Positions 41,707-53,634 of a stretch of DNA of 64,000 bases are shown in pieces (the stretch's first letter is position 1; every line of letters begins with the position of its first letter). The stretch is taken from the IMG/VR virus record IMGVR_UViG_3300047472_000155, positions 64,001 through 128,000 of that record; one strand, 5' to 3'. A program made the translations under genes and the position numbers. This DNA is from a virus. The notes beneath the pieces are model-generated. The model did not search any database. It worked only from the letters and a program-made list of their open reading frames with translations, and was not told where the DNA came from.

Positions 41707-42516
41707 ATGAATACTAAGAACGTAGTTATTGCAGGAATCGTTGCTCTATCGGTAGTGTTGGGAGGTTGTTCTACACTAGCGGAAGCAAGGAAAGGCAGTA
41801 ATGAAGTTGCTAAAGTTCCTACTTTAAGTGCTGACGTACCATTTAAAGTAGAACTACCTTTTTTGTACAGTCAAAAACCTTTTTCGTTAGATGAAGTATA
41901 TGTAACGAAATCAACTTTGACAAAAGATGTGCAAAAAAAAGGAGTGCAAGAATCTCCTAAAGTGACTTCTGCCAAGGAAATATTTGAACAACTACCCAAA
42001 CAAAAAGTTGTCGTTCAAGAGGTATCCGTGGTTGAGGATGATGGTTTCAAGTATTATGATAACATTCCTTTGGACAAGGAATTACAAAGAAAGATTTCAA
42101 AATTTGCTGAGAAGAAGGGGATTGAAGTAACCCTTGAGTATGCGTTAATGGCACAAGAGAGCCACTTTGATCCAAAATTAATAAGCCCTACTCATGATCA
42201 TGGAATTTCTCAGATCAATCGTGGTAATTTCAAATGGATCACAAAAGATTTAGAAGATGAATATGGTATTGATTTTACGTGGTCAAATCCATATGAAAAT
42301 GCTGTGGCAAGTATTCACTATTTGGCATTAATCAAGGAATCGTGGGAAGGTAAGGTAAGTAATAAAAATTTAATTCCAACAATCTTGCTTTCGTATAACA
42401 TGGGAACTGGTAATGCGAACAAGTATTTGAAGAGTCATAGTGCAAATGATTGGAAGTATGTTCAAAAAGTTTTGAACTATAAATCTATGATTGAAAGAGG
42501 GGAAAAGGTTGAGTAG
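41707..42516 (+). CDS. lipoprotein lytic transglycosylase (SLT domain)
   Basis: lipobox LGGC; MAQESHFDP, HGISQIN, PYEN, SYNMG, YV.KV. Confidence 0.85.
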   Translation: MNTKNVVIAGIVALSVVLGGCSTLAEARKGSNEVAKVPTLSADVPFKVELPFLYSQKPFSLDEVYVTKSTLTKDVQKKGVQESPKVTSAKEIFEQLPKQKVVVQEVSVVEDDGFKYYDNIPLDKELQRKISKFAEKKGIEVTLEYALMAQESHFDPKLISPTHDHGISQINRGNFKWITKDLEDEYGIDFTWSNPYENAVASIHYLALIKESWEGKVSNKNLIPTILLSYNMGTGNANKYLKSHSANDWKYVQKVLNYKSMIERGEKVE

Positions 42517-43066
42517 AGTAGGAGAATTAATAACAATTAAAGAAGATTCATTTGATGATATAAAAAAATGTTATAGATTTGAAAAATGGAGCGATAAATT
42601 GCAATTTTTAACAAAAAAATCAAAGTTTGAAATTAAAAAGCACTACGGAGAAGATGATGTTATTGTATATAATTTCGAAGTTTCTTCTGTGGATTATCCC
42701 GAAGTTGTAATTGCTCTTAAAGGCATGGAAATAAATGATCTTTTAAATCAAGATGAAGTTAGCACTTATGAGCAAAAAGGCAAGGAACTTGGTGCGCTTG
42801 TTGATCGTAAACAAGCCGCATACGGTAACGCGATAACTCAAACTTACGAAGTTGTCAAAGCTTTTATGACTCCATACTACAATGAAGATGATAAGACTTA
42901 CACAATTCCTCAAAGCCTATTACAACACCTTTTGTTGCAAGTACGGATAATCGACAAACAAAATCGAATTTTCAATAATCCCGATTTTGACCTTATGGAC
43001 GAAAGTCCGTATTCTGATCTTGGTGGTTACGGCTTACTTGGTAGCAATATGGTTATTGACAAATAG
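42491..43066 (+). CDS. protein with a C-terminal DUF1599/Nmad1-like all-alpha domain
   Basis: RKQAAYGNA...RIIDKQNRI...ESPYSDLGGYGLL. Confidence 0.6.
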   Translation: MKEGKRLSRVGELITIKEDSFDDIKKCYRFEKWSDKLQFLTKKSKFEIKKHYGEDDVIVYNFEVSSVDYPEVVIALKGMEINDLLNQDEVSTYEQKGKELGALVDRKQAAYGNAITQTYEVVKAFMTPYYNEDDKTYTIPQSLLQHLLLQVRIIDKQNRIFNNPDFDLMDESPYSDLGGYGLLGSNMVIDK

Positions 43067-43139
43067 AATATAAAATGAAATTGCACACATTTGATGCCTA
43101 CTATTCGTAAATACTGATAGTAGGCATTGCTTTTTATCC

Positions 43140-43168
43140 TTGACAAATGAAAGATAAAGTGATATACT
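43140..43168 (+). promoter_or_regulatory. sigmaA promoter with the operator in its spacer
   Basis: TTGACA aatgaaagataaagtga TATACT, just after a terminator hairpin at 43094-43136. Confidence 0.8.
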
Positions 43169-44600
43169 ATATACATTAAGAGCCGGATAGAAATTACAGG
43201 GAGGTAATAAATGGATAAACCATCTTTTATTGTAGGAGAACCATATTTAGATTATTTTGATGTTATGAAATATTTACAAGAAAAATACGAGTTCACGCAT
43301 AGCGAAAAAAGACATTTTTGGAAATGGATTTTAGATGATTCAATGAATGATGTTCATAATGGATGTTTTATTTATCTTCCCATATATAATTTTCATGAAA
43401 GATATTACATTCAAGACATTGAAAAATTTAACGATGATCATCCAATTGTTGTTGAAATTATCAACATGTTATGGAACGAATATGGCAAAGAAGATTTGAA
43501 GTTTTATGTGTCTTGGTAAATTAAAGTATGCGAAGGAGACATTAAAATGGAAGAATACATTGAATTATGGACTTGTCATAATGGAATTCAATTATTGAGT
43601 AATAAAAAATTCTTTTGGGCAACTGATAAAAAAGGTAATGAATGTAAGTTTCCTGTTGAGGTTCAAAAAGAATTTGTAGAAAAGTTTACTGACAATTATC
43701 ACATTAATCCTAAAGGTGTAAAAGAGATTTGTGACTATACGAATGTAAGATAAAATAAAAAAGGAGATGTAATTGTGCGAAACACCAAACTGTTTATTGG
43801 TTCAAAGATTGAACAACCAAGAAATATTTATCTTCTTGACATTAAATTGATGCATGGTGATGCAGACGTTTATACGCATTTAGAACTTAAGTTTAAAGAT
43901 GTAGAGAAAAATGAGTTGATTGCCACTATTGATGTCTTGAGCCAGTTGATTCCATGGGATTACGAACGATATCATAAAATACAGGGTTTCTCAGAACTTC
44001 TTTCCGATGATTGGAATTCAGATGTAACTTGTGATGAATTTCTTGCATCGTATGATAGACACGAATTATATTATTTCAACCAAGATGGTGAAAAGTTTAA
44101 TGTTAAGGTAGTAAATTAGAAGGGGAATAAAAAAACATGTATGAAAAATTTCATCATGGCGGTGGTCATCATGGCAGAACACATGATGCAACCAAATTAG
44201 CACCCATAATGCTTAAACGTCCTAAGTCAAAAACACGTAAATATCCTATTGCTCAACATGGTAACATTAATATGTTTTGCGGTGATACCGCTAAAAAGTT
44301 AGCCAAACAAAGACACAAAAAGAAGTCAAGGAGCTACAATAAGAAAATGTGCGAACAAACAAACTAGGAGGAACTAAAATTGGACAATGTAGAAATTGAT
44401 GATGAAATCATTATTACAAATGCTGGATTGACTTTGGGAGACTATAACAATGGTCAGGTCATGATTGTAAAATCAGTAGATAAATATGGTGTAATTGTTT
44501 ATCCCTATAGTGATGATGAAGGTGATGTTACATTTATTAGTCATGATGAATATGAAATTACAAAAAAAGAAAATAAAATTAAATAGGAGAGTGGAAGGAA

Positions 44601-46100
44601 ATGGCAACTGCAACAATTGATATGGTTGGAGTTTCCTTCCTTCGAGATGGGGCAAATGGTTGGTATACTGATGCAATAATTTGTCTTTGCTCATGTGGAA
44701 GAAGATTCAATTCAACCAAAGATAAAAAAGAGTCATTAACATGTGAATGTGGAAATAAATATTTTAAATTAATAAGTCGTCCATCGAAAAATGTCAAAAC
44801 AAATATAGGCGGTATTTTTGAATGCACTGAAAGTACAAACAACTCTTTCAAGATCAAGAAAACGGAATTGATCGCAAATATTGTTGTTGATGAAGAAAAA
44901 AGCAGTTATTATCGTAAAGCGGATGACTTTGCAGTAACATTTTCTACCGCGAAAGAGTACACATTAGACTACTCTCTTAGAGATAAGAGATATGATGTAT
45001 ATTGTGGAGATAAATTGCTTGAAAAAGATGGCAAAGATAAAGATTTGTTTTTTAGAGGAAAGATTGATAAAAATGAATTGTTGGATTGTATTGACAATGA
45101 AGCATTGAAATATATTCTTAAATTTGCATTTGATTATCTTGGCAAAGTAAGAGATCAAAAAATAAAAAAATGGTCAATAGCACTTGAAAGACTATTCAAA
45201 AATCCTTATATTGAATTGCTCAATAATTGTGGACTAGGAAGACATTTGGGCTATATTTACCAAAGATACAATTATTACGGAAATTTAAAAATGATTGAAG
45301 GTTTTACCAAGCCTCATGAATTCTTTCAAGTTCCCAAATATATGATGAAATATATAAAAGAAATACAAAGTGTAAGTGATCAAATGCTAAATGCTTTTAG
45401 AAATTTTGATAAAACATTTGATAGCAATAAATTCCAAGTTATTATGCAAATTTTCAAAGAGGAAAGCACTCTTGATATTTTGTATAATAATAGTTCAATT
45501 ATAACTGAATTGTATTCAAAATATGGATACAAAGACATCAAAAAGCTTGCCATATATGTAACTAGAGATGCAAAGCTTCAACAAGGTATTATGCGTCCAA
45601 CAGAAGCACTTACACTTCTTAGAGACTATGCTAAAATGTCTACCAATATGGAAATTCCTTATGATAAATTTCCAAAGTCTCTTAAGAAGGAACATGATGT
45701 CACTGCAATGAACTATAAAGTAGTAGAAAATGAAATGAAGAATAAGGAGTTTAGCCAGGCAATAGGGCTTTATGAGTCATTAGCATATACAACTAAGAAA
45801 GATTTATACGAAATAATTCTTCCAACTTCCGCATCAGATTTAGTTAAAGAAGGAAGTGCTTTAAATCATTGTATAGCCTCATATGTTGACAACGTAATCG
45901 CAGGATCATGTCAAATCGTATTTTTAAGATGGAAAGAAGATATTGATAAACCATTCATATCTATTGAGATAAGAGATGGGAATATCCGTCAAGCACGTGG
46001 TCAATCGAATAAAAGCATAACTAATGAATATTATGAAGAACCACATGAATTTTTTGTCAAGTGGGCTGAAAAGAATGAGTTGCAAATAAATCTTTGGTGA
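44601..46100 (+). CDS. PcfJ-like domain protein with an N-terminal Cys cluster
   Basis: RDY..M......PKSLK.EHD...P.S..DL..EG..L.HCIASY...I.FLR.......P...IEI...I.Q..G..N. Confidence 0.85.
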   Translation: MATATIDMVGVSFLRDGANGWYTDAIICLCSCGRRFNSTKDKKESLTCECGNKYFKLISRPSKNVKTNIGGIFECTESTNNSFKIKKTELIANIVVDEEKSSYYRKADDFAVTFSTAKEYTLDYSLRDKRYDVYCGDKLLEKDGKDKDLFFRGKIDKNELLDCIDNEALKYILKFAFDYLGKVRDQKIKKWSIALERLFKNPYIELLNNCGLGRHLGYIYQRYNYYGNLKMIEGFTKPHEFFQVPKYMMKYIKEIQSVSDQMLNAFRNFDKTFDSNKFQVIMQIFKEESTLDILYNNSSIITELYSKYGYKDIKKLAIYVTRDAKLQQGIMRPTEALTLLRDYAKMSTNMEIPYDKFPKSLKKEHDVTAMNYKVVENEMKNKEFSQAIGLYESLAYTTKKDLYEIILPTSASDLVKEGSALNHCIASYVDNVIAGSCQIVFLRWKEDIDKPFISIEIRDGNIRQARGQSNKSITNEYYEEPHEFFVKWAEKNELQINLW

Positions 46101-46132
46101 CAAATGCAAGATAAAATGAAAGGCGGTTTAGT

Positions 46133-47275
46133 ATGACATCATGGAATTTCACAAACAATACAAATACAAGAGCTATAAGTGGCTATGAGGATGTGTTGGA
46201 TGAATTAAAGACATTTACAAAAGACGAATACACCAATGAAAATACTACAAATGAAAGAAAAAATGAAATGATTGAAGATGTTTTTGCTATTTATCGTGGC
46301 AAAAACATCTTCCCTATCACGTATTATAATGAGGATGGTATTAATGATGAAATTAAAAAGTGCATTGAGAAAGACGTTTCGTTTGATGGTAAAGTTCTTG
46401 ATCTTAAGTTCAATCAAGGTCAAAGTCTTTGTCGTTATCTATTCTCCAATCTTGCTGTAGTTGATGCTAAGATCGCAAACAATAGTATGTGGGATAGGTT
46501 TTATGATGACCACAAACTTAAACGTGCTATTGATTTCTCATTGAGATTTAAGAAATCAGTTACTCCAACAGAGATTCGCACAAGCCTTGAGATGATTGGT
46601 GGTAACGTAGCTACTAACTTCAAGACAATGAATGCTAAGGCATTGTATGAGAAGTATGTGCCTAAAGGTGGTACAATCTATGACTTCTCAGCGGGATTTG
46701 GTGGACGTATGCTTGCGGCATTAACATCTAAGAATAACTACAAGTATCTTGGTGTTGAACCTTGTGTAGAGACTTATAATAATTTACTTCAATTAGGAGA
46801 ACATATTGACAATGTTGTTGGAATAGAAGTAGATCATAATATGATAGGCAAATCACGTTGGAAGGTCTTCTGTCAAGGTAGTGAAGATTATCGACATAAG
46901 GCTGGTAACTTTGTAGACTTTGCCTTTAGTAGTCCGCCATATTTCAATCTTGAGAAGTATTCGGATGAAGACACACAATGTTACAATAAGTTCCCTACAC
47001 TTGACGAATGGTTCCAAGGTTATGTCCGTCAAACTATTAAGAATATTTACTTTATGCTCAAACCAAATGCCCATTATGCTGTTAATATTGCAGACTTCAA
47101 TATTGGCAAAGATAAAGTTGAATTCGTTGACAAGTGGATTCAACTCTCCGTTGAAGAGGGTTTTGAACCATGTGAGAAGATTGACATGAAATTGCAAAAA
47201 AGAGTTGGCACAGGGCATGATAATATCAAACAAGAGGGAATCTTTGTTTTTAAGAAAATCGCAAAGGAGTCCTGA
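46133..47275 (+). CDS. amino-type DNA methyltransferase (N4-C or N6-A)
   Basis: motif I YDFSAGFGGR, GVEP, motif IV FSSPPYF.LE.Y, LKP.....NIAD. Confidence 0.85.
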   Translation: MTSWNFTNNTNTRAISGYEDVLDELKTFTKDEYTNENTTNERKNEMIEDVFAIYRGKNIFPITYYNEDGINDEIKKCIEKDVSFDGKVLDLKFNQGQSLCRYLFSNLAVVDAKIANNSMWDRFYDDHKLKRAIDFSLRFKKSVTPTEIRTSLEMIGGNVATNFKTMNAKALYEKYVPKGGTIYDFSAGFGGRMLAALTSKNNYKYLGVEPCVETYNNLLQLGEHIDNVVGIEVDHNMIGKSRWKVFCQGSEDYRHKAGNFVDFAFSSPPYFNLEKYSDEDTQCYNKFPTLDEWFQGYVRQTIKNIYFMLKPNAHYAVNIADFNIGKDKVEFVDKWIQLSVEEGFEPCEKIDMKLQKRVGTGHDNIKQEGIFVFKKIAKES

Positions 47276-49663
47276 TATGCTTGAGTATAGAGTATATGTA
47301 AAGGTTTCTGAGAATTGTGATATACGATTCAAAAATGACTTAGAGAAACTATTTGAAGAAAAGGGTGGAAGACCTTATATTGTTGGTGTTGGCAATGTTA
47401 CTCCTTCAACTTTAGACAAAGCAACGATGAAATATAAGGTTAGATATCCTAATCTCGAATATGGATATCTAAATTTCAATAATTTTAATAAATTTTTTGA
47501 ATTTACAAAAGATGAAATGGAGGGTTCGAATGGATACTTTTGAAGAATTTATTGGAAAAACAGTTAAAGATATTGTCAAAGAAAATGATTCATTTATTAC
47601 AATTAAATTTACTGACGAAAGTAGTATTAGCATTGGTGTTGATAGTGTAAATATAAGTTGTTGGTGTCATCCTGAATACGAATACTATCTTGACATTGAA
47701 ACTCATTTGTGATAAAATTCCATTAGGAGGCGATTGCATATGAGTGACATCAAAACCTTGAAAGAAATAGCCGAATATAATAGAGAATTGTACCGCGCAG
47801 GACATATTTCACGTGAAGAAGCAAAAAATAAGATTGAGCCTTACCTTGAAGAGTGTAACAATAAGGCAAGAGAATTAGCCAAAAAATTCAATCAAAAGCC
47901 TAAAAAAATGGAATTCATATCATATGTGAGATAACAATTGGAGGGCATTATATTGGCTAGAGTTTACTTAAAAAACAGTTGGGAACTAAAGCAAAATCTT
48001 ACAAAAAAGAAAAACGTGAAATTTGACTTGTCAGATGGACATGGAATTATAGTCTTTATACGAGGCAAGGTTAAGGTCACAATCATACCGAATGGGGAAA
48101 GTCCAACAATATTTGGTGGAACTTTTTCCGATTTAGATAAACTTCTAAATAAATTCGAAAATCCAGAACTTTATATTGATGATGATGAATAGTCATCATC
48201 AATATAGGTATAAAATAAAATGAAAGGTGGAGATTGATATTAGTAATTCAGATGAAAAAGATGTTGATTTAATAGCACTTCCGAAAGACGATATCAACAA
48301 GCGTGTCGATATTCTGGAATTCGCTCTTAATAAAGAGCGTAAAATTCAAGTTTTAGGGAAAATTAAAAAGGATTTAAAAGACTTCTTTGATAAACACGCT
48401 GATAAATTCGAAGAACTTGAATTACCATTGCCTACATCTATTGAGATAGAATACTGTAGAGATAGTGAATTTGTCAATGTAGAAGACTTTATTCTTTATG
48501 ATTCGGAAGATAGAAGCATTGATTATGACGAATATGCATACATCCGTATAGATATTGATGATGAATATTCAGAAGATATTTGTGACGCAATTAGAGAGTG
48601 TATTTATGATTCTGTTGATACTGAATATTTAGTTAATTATACTTCATGGGAAGGTTACAGAATTGTTTTTGGCGATACTTACAATCAATCAATTTAAAGG
48701 GAGATGATTTTGTTGAAAGTGAATGATACAAGAACAACAAAGTTAAATCAGATTATGGTAGGAGATTTTCTTGTTTCCGATGACAATGAGTTGTTTGTGA
48801 TAGCTGACATATCTCAGCGTTCAGGATATCAATATGGCTATATTAATATTAGAAACCTTATTCTTGAAGATGCTGAAGATACTATGGAAGAACTTTTAGA
48901 ATCGTTTGAAAACAGATACTTTTTAAAAGAGATTATTTCTCAAGATAGAATGTCAATAAATATCTCTTGACAAAATCTGATTTTTATGATAACATTATAG
49001 ATACAAATAAAAGATAAAATAAATGGGAGGTAATTTAACTTGATTAAAACGCAAATTGTTTCTAAAGAGGTAGTGAGTTACGAAAAAGTAGAACAAATTG
49101 TAAGTGTAGACATTTCAGACTCAGGAGGAAGTAGCATTGTAGTAACATCCAATTCAGCGGAAGATAGCGATACAAGTCTGCTCAATGCAAAATACAGTCT
49201 TTATGATTTAGAAAAAATTTACATTAAAATTGAAGAAGATGAAACAGCGGTTATTGGATTAACGGCAAAACAAACATTGGAATTAGGTGAATCACTAGTT
49301 TCTATGGCAAATTTTTTACTTGATCAATCAAAATATACGGAGGCTAAATAATGGCAAAAGTGTTCGGTAGTGGTGCAAGCTCAAAGGTAAATAGTGCAAG
49401 AAAACAAGCTGTTAGTGCATTGGGTTTGTTTGCAAAGGCAAACGCGAAACTTCAAAAAGCTAATGAGAAATTGTTGAAGACGGAAGATGAGGCTAGACAA
49501 GAAGCGGAAGCATTGATCCAAGAGGCAACCCGCGCAAGAGCAGAACGAGAGTCAAATCAACTTGTTCAAGAAAAGTTGAAAGACTTTATTCCTCAAGTAT
49601 AAATGAAAGATAAAATGAGTGGACTATAAATAAGTCCACTCTATTTATTTAAGGAGGTAAAAC

Positions 49664-50269
49664 ATGGCAAAAGAGGTCATGTGTCAACAATGTAAAAGTA
49701 AGTCACCAAAGGAAGAAATGGTTATACATGTTCATGTAACAAGCACAGGAAACAAAAAGAACATGAATTTTCACGAAGATTGTCTTAAGGTATATTTAAC
49801 AGAAAAAGAATCAAAAGACAAAGAACAAGCAGAAAAGGATGAGTTTCATGAAGTAGTAAAGCGAATTCATAATTTAGATGTTGTACCTCCAAATTTCTAT
49901 AGAGACTATGCAGAGCCTCTACGTGGCGGATTCTTTAAAAGCGGCAATAAGGTTAAGAGATATAAAGAAGGAATCCCTTATAGTGTCATGAAAGATTCTT
50001 ATCTTTATATTGAAAAAACAGTTGAATATTACCGCAAAAATAAAGAGTTTAAAGGATCATTAGAATTTCTAAGATACACATTTACAATTATGGTTGACAA
50101 AATGCCAATGGCAAAGAAAAAGAAAAAGCAAGAAGATTTTGCAAAGATTATTGAAAATGAAAATACAACTATACAGCAATCGCATGACGACATTGCATTT
50201 GCAGAACGTGAATATAAATTTAAGAAAAAAACAAACGGTGGAGTTGACATGTCGGAATTCTTAGATTAA
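49664..50269 (+). CDS. YorH-like replication protein (possible helicase loader)
   Basis: N-terminal CxxC...HxxC, C-terminal DMSEFLD, directly upstream of the DnaB-like helicase. Confidence 0.6.
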   Translation: MAKEVMCQQCKSKSPKEEMVIHVHVTSTGNKKNMNFHEDCLKVYLTEKESKDKEQAEKDEFHEVVKRIHNLDVVPPNFYRDYAEPLRGGFFKSGNKVKRYKEGIPYSVMKDSYLYIEKTVEYYRKNKEFKGSLEFLRYTFTIMVDKMPMAKKKKKQEDFAKIIENENTTIQQSHDDIAFAEREYKFKKKTNGGVDMSEFLD

Positions 50270-50281
50270 GGTGGTAATTAA

Positions 50282-51892
50282 ATGGCAGTAAAGACAACAG
50301 CACCTCAGATGAAAAAGGAAGACTGCTTAGAGAAAGCAAAAGAGGAGGTTGTAATATCAGAAGCATATCTCACCGCTTTGTTTTGGTCCAATCCAGATCA
50401 ATATGCATTCTTTCCAGAAGAAAAGATAAATCGTAAAACATTCTTGAATCCAGTATGGGGGTTCTATTTTGGACTTGGAATGCACATGTACAAAGAGGGT
50501 ATTCGTTCATTTGACGATATATCAATAATGAAGCATGTTAAAGATATAAATGCTGAAAAGACCTTCGACAAATATGGGGGATTTGATACGGTAAGCGAGG
50601 TAATGGAGGAGGTTGAGGGAAGACTTGAAAATCTTGATGCCTACTATGCCAATATAAAGAAATATAGACTACTTTCCGATTTGTCAGATTTATTTGGAAC
50701 TCAAGTATTTAAGACTTCGGAAAAATATGATTATCATAAATTTGACAAAGAAAGTTTATTCACATTTTGGATGGACAAAGTAAATAAACTTGGACTTGAT
50801 GGTGATGCAAGATATGATGAACATTTTCTATTAGATGGACTTGAAGATGACATTATTGAATGGAGTGAAAGTCCAGATGTTGGATTACCTTTTTATAGTA
50901 GTCCACTTATGACTAAGATATGCACAGGTTGGGATTATGGTAATATGTATATCTATGGTGGGTTTGGTGGTTCAGGTAAAACATCATTGACATTTAATAA
51001 AATAATTATGTCATGTATTGAAAATCAAGAGAAGTTATTGATTATTGCAAATGAGCAAGGAATCAAAGAGTTTAAGAAATTGCTTATTGCAACTGCATTG
51101 GGTATTAAGAAAGAATACTTGAAACGTCAACGATTAAACGAAGGAGAATTTACTGCCGAAGAGAATAAAAAGCTTGAAAGTGCAGTAAAATGGGTTAGAG
51201 AGTTCTCGAAAGACAATAATAAACTTATTGCTTTCACCTTTATGGAAGACTACGTAATAAAAGATGTAAAGAAACTTATTCGTCATTATGCCAATCGTGG
51301 ATATAAATCGGTTCTTATTGATACAGGTAAGCCAAGCGAATCAGCAGGTGATAAGCAACGTTGGGAAATATTCACAGATGACTTTAAAGAGCTTTACAAA
51401 ATGTGTAGACCTAATGGTGGTGGCTTAAATCTTAGAATGTGGGTTAACGTTCAATTAGCAGATAACGCATTGGGACGAAGATTCTTAGATGAAGCAGCAT
51501 TTGGTGACTCTAAGAAGATCAAGAATGAGGCATCTGTTGTGTTTATGGGTAGAAACGTTTGGGAAGATGAGTTTGAGGGAGGAGACAAAGAATTAAAGGT
51601 ATTCAAGTGGGTTCCAAAAGGATCAGAAGAAGATGACAACCCTTTCTCAGACGAAGAAAAGAATGACAACGGATTTGATCTTATGAAGAAGGTGTTTACT
51701 CTTAAAAGATTCCATCAAGACAAACATGGAAACCAACATCCTTGTCAATACCTTTTATTGTTCACTCCTAAGAATCGTAGAGGAACAGATCAAAAAGGTG
51801 GTCAACATGTACTTGTATTACAATCAAACTTTAATAGTAACACATGGTATGAAATCGGTTGGACTACTATTCACAATGATAGAAATTACTAA
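50282..51892 (+). CDS. DnaB-like replicative helicase (YorI-like)
   Basis: GGFGGSGKTS Walker A, IANEQ, VLIDT.K, VQL, SK.IK..A, KNR.G. Confidence 0.85.
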   Translation: MAVKTTAPQMKKEDCLEKAKEEVVISEAYLTALFWSNPDQYAFFPEEKINRKTFLNPVWGFYFGLGMHMYKEGIRSFDDISIMKHVKDINAEKTFDKYGGFDTVSEVMEEVEGRLENLDAYYANIKKYRLLSDLSDLFGTQVFKTSEKYDYHKFDKESLFTFWMDKVNKLGLDGDARYDEHFLLDGLEDDIIEWSESPDVGLPFYSSPLMTKICTGWDYGNMYIYGGFGGSGKTSLTFNKIIMSCIENQEKLLIIANEQGIKEFKKLLIATALGIKKEYLKRQRLNEGEFTAEENKKLESAVKWVREFSKDNNKLIAFTFMEDYVIKDVKKLIRHYANRGYKSVLIDTGKPSESAGDKQRWEIFTDDFKELYKMCRPNGGGLNLRMWVNVQLADNALGRRFLDEAAFGDSKKIKNEASVVFMGRNVWEDEFEGGDKELKVFKWVPKGSEEDDNPFSDEEKNDNGFDLMKKVFTLKRFHQDKHGNQHPCQYLLLFTPKNRRGTDQKGGQHVLVLQSNFNSNTWYEIGWTTIHNDRNY

Positions 51893-51911
51893 TTACAAAG
51901 GAGAGATAAAA

Positions 51912-53354
51912 ATGAATAACAACTTAGAAACGGCAAGAGATTTGTTGGATCAAGCAAGTGAATATATTTCAGACGCGAAATGGGTGGAGCAATTTAAACA
52001 ATTGCTCCAAACTCCATCAAATGAATACCAATCACCAAGATCAAGAGAGCTTATTAAAAAACTATATTTGCTACAAGGTAAAACAATATTGACAGGTCAA
52101 CATGATTATATTGAGTCGCCATATTCATATTCAAGTAAAATTTTAGGATTAACAGGATACAATACAATGATTAAGGGAGTTGAATTCGGAGGGATTACTG
52201 GTCAAGATGCTGCCACTCTATTCAAACAAAGACAGGGTATTGTTGATGCTTGCAAAGCATGGGATGCTAAAGATGGAATTGTTTCAGCAACATATCATGC
52301 ATCATACCCAGGATTGCTAAATACTTGGAGCAACGTTCAACGTGCTACAACACAAGCCGAATTTGATCAAATTATAACACCAGGAAATAATTTTTATAAG
52401 GCTTTGATTGACGACCTTGACATTTTAGCTAATCATCTTTCAGTATTGAGAGACAATGATATTCCAGTTTTGTGGCGACCATATCATGAAATGAATGGTG
52501 GATGGTTTTGGTGGGGAAAGAAAAACAACTTTAAAGCGCTTTGGAATATCATGTACGACAGGTTTGTAAATGTTCATGGTCTTGATAATCTAATTTGGGT
52601 GTGGTGTCCAAATGCTAAAAACGCATGGTGTGATGACATTGAAAACTATTATGTAGGAACATCTAAGGCTGATGTATTAGCGTTGGACATCTACAATAAT
52701 GACTTTAAACAAGAGCATCACGATTCATTATTGAAACTTGGAAAAGGAAAGCTTATAGCGATTGGTGAAAATGGAGAACTGCCAAGCATATCAAAACTTA
52801 TAACGACACAGAATAAGTATTCATGGTTCATGACATGGGGTAGTATGCTTAATGAAAACAATAAAGATGATGTGATCAAAGAAGTATATGGCAATAGTTA
52901 TACTCTTAAGAGAGGTCAAGAATACTCTCCATTTGGAGATGGTCTTAAAGGAGAATACTTTGATGGCGTTAACTTTAATACATTAAAGCTTACTAGAATT
53001 GATAATAATATTAATTTTAATTGGGGTGGCAATAAACCAGTTGATTCATTAAAAGCTGACAACTTCTCTATTAGATGGAGTGGTTACATTTTGCCTAAGT
53101 ATAGTGAGCAATACAAATTTATTATTCATTCTGACGATGGAGCAAGATTGATCATTAATAATGTAATTGTTGCGGAAAGATGGAAAAACGGAGATAGTTG
53201 GATTTCTGGAATAGTTGATCTTGTTGCTGGTGTTAAATATCCTATTACTGTAGAGTATTATGATTCAACAGGTGCAGCGGTGATTGATTTAATTTGGTCA
53301 AGTGCTTCTCAAGTATCTCAATTGATTCCTAAAGAACAATTATATTCAAAATAA
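51912..53354 (+). CDS. GH26 beta-mannanase-like glycosidase with a C-terminal PA14 domain
   Basis: GQH, PVLWRPYHEMNG.WFWWG, NLIWVW, D.LALDIY, IGENG; GLKGEYF...RID..INFNW...DNFSIRWSG...SDDG.RL...YPI.VEYY. Confidence 0.92.
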   Translation: MNNNLETARDLLDQASEYISDAKWVEQFKQLLQTPSNEYQSPRSRELIKKLYLLQGKTILTGQHDYIESPYSYSSKILGLTGYNTMIKGVEFGGITGQDAATLFKQRQGIVDACKAWDAKDGIVSATYHASYPGLLNTWSNVQRATTQAEFDQIITPGNNFYKALIDDLDILANHLSVLRDNDIPVLWRPYHEMNGGWFWWGKKNNFKALWNIMYDRFVNVHGLDNLIWVWCPNAKNAWCDDIENYYVGTSKADVLALDIYNNDFKQEHHDSLLKLGKGKLIAIGENGELPSISKLITTQNKYSWFMTWGSMLNENNKDDVIKEVYGNSYTLKRGQEYSPFGDGLKGEYFDGVNFNTLKLTRIDNNINFNWGGNKPVDSLKADNFSIRWSGYILPKYSEQYKFIIHSDDGARLIINNVIVAERWKNGDSWISGIVDLVAGVKYPITVEYYDSTGAAVIDLIWSSASQVSQLIPKEQLYSK

Positions 53355-53634
53355 GGAGTGCTCTTAATGTTATATAAGATAAAGTCAAACAAAGACTTAT
53401 TTGATAAATGGACAAAGATTGCTAAGAAAACATCTAAACATCTTAATTCCATATCGTTTATTCAAAACGATATGGAAGTTTCTAAAAACGATATGAACAA
53501 GTGGTATCATGAGTCGTTAGAAGATATTCAAAAAATGGATCAAGATTTTAAAGATACGATTCAAGAGATGTTGAAAATTAGACAAGAAATAATTAAAGAT
53601 ATTAAAAATCAAATCAAATAAGGAGCGATAACAT

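Noticed and set aside
50282-51892. Intein or intron in the helicase
   Set aside because: The ORF is continuous and of ordinary length, with no intein splice motifs; only a short acidic insertion is present
51726-51911. N-terminal extension of the GH26 ORF as listed in the track
   Set aside because: It overlaps the helicase 3' end; the AAGGAG RBS supports a start at 51912
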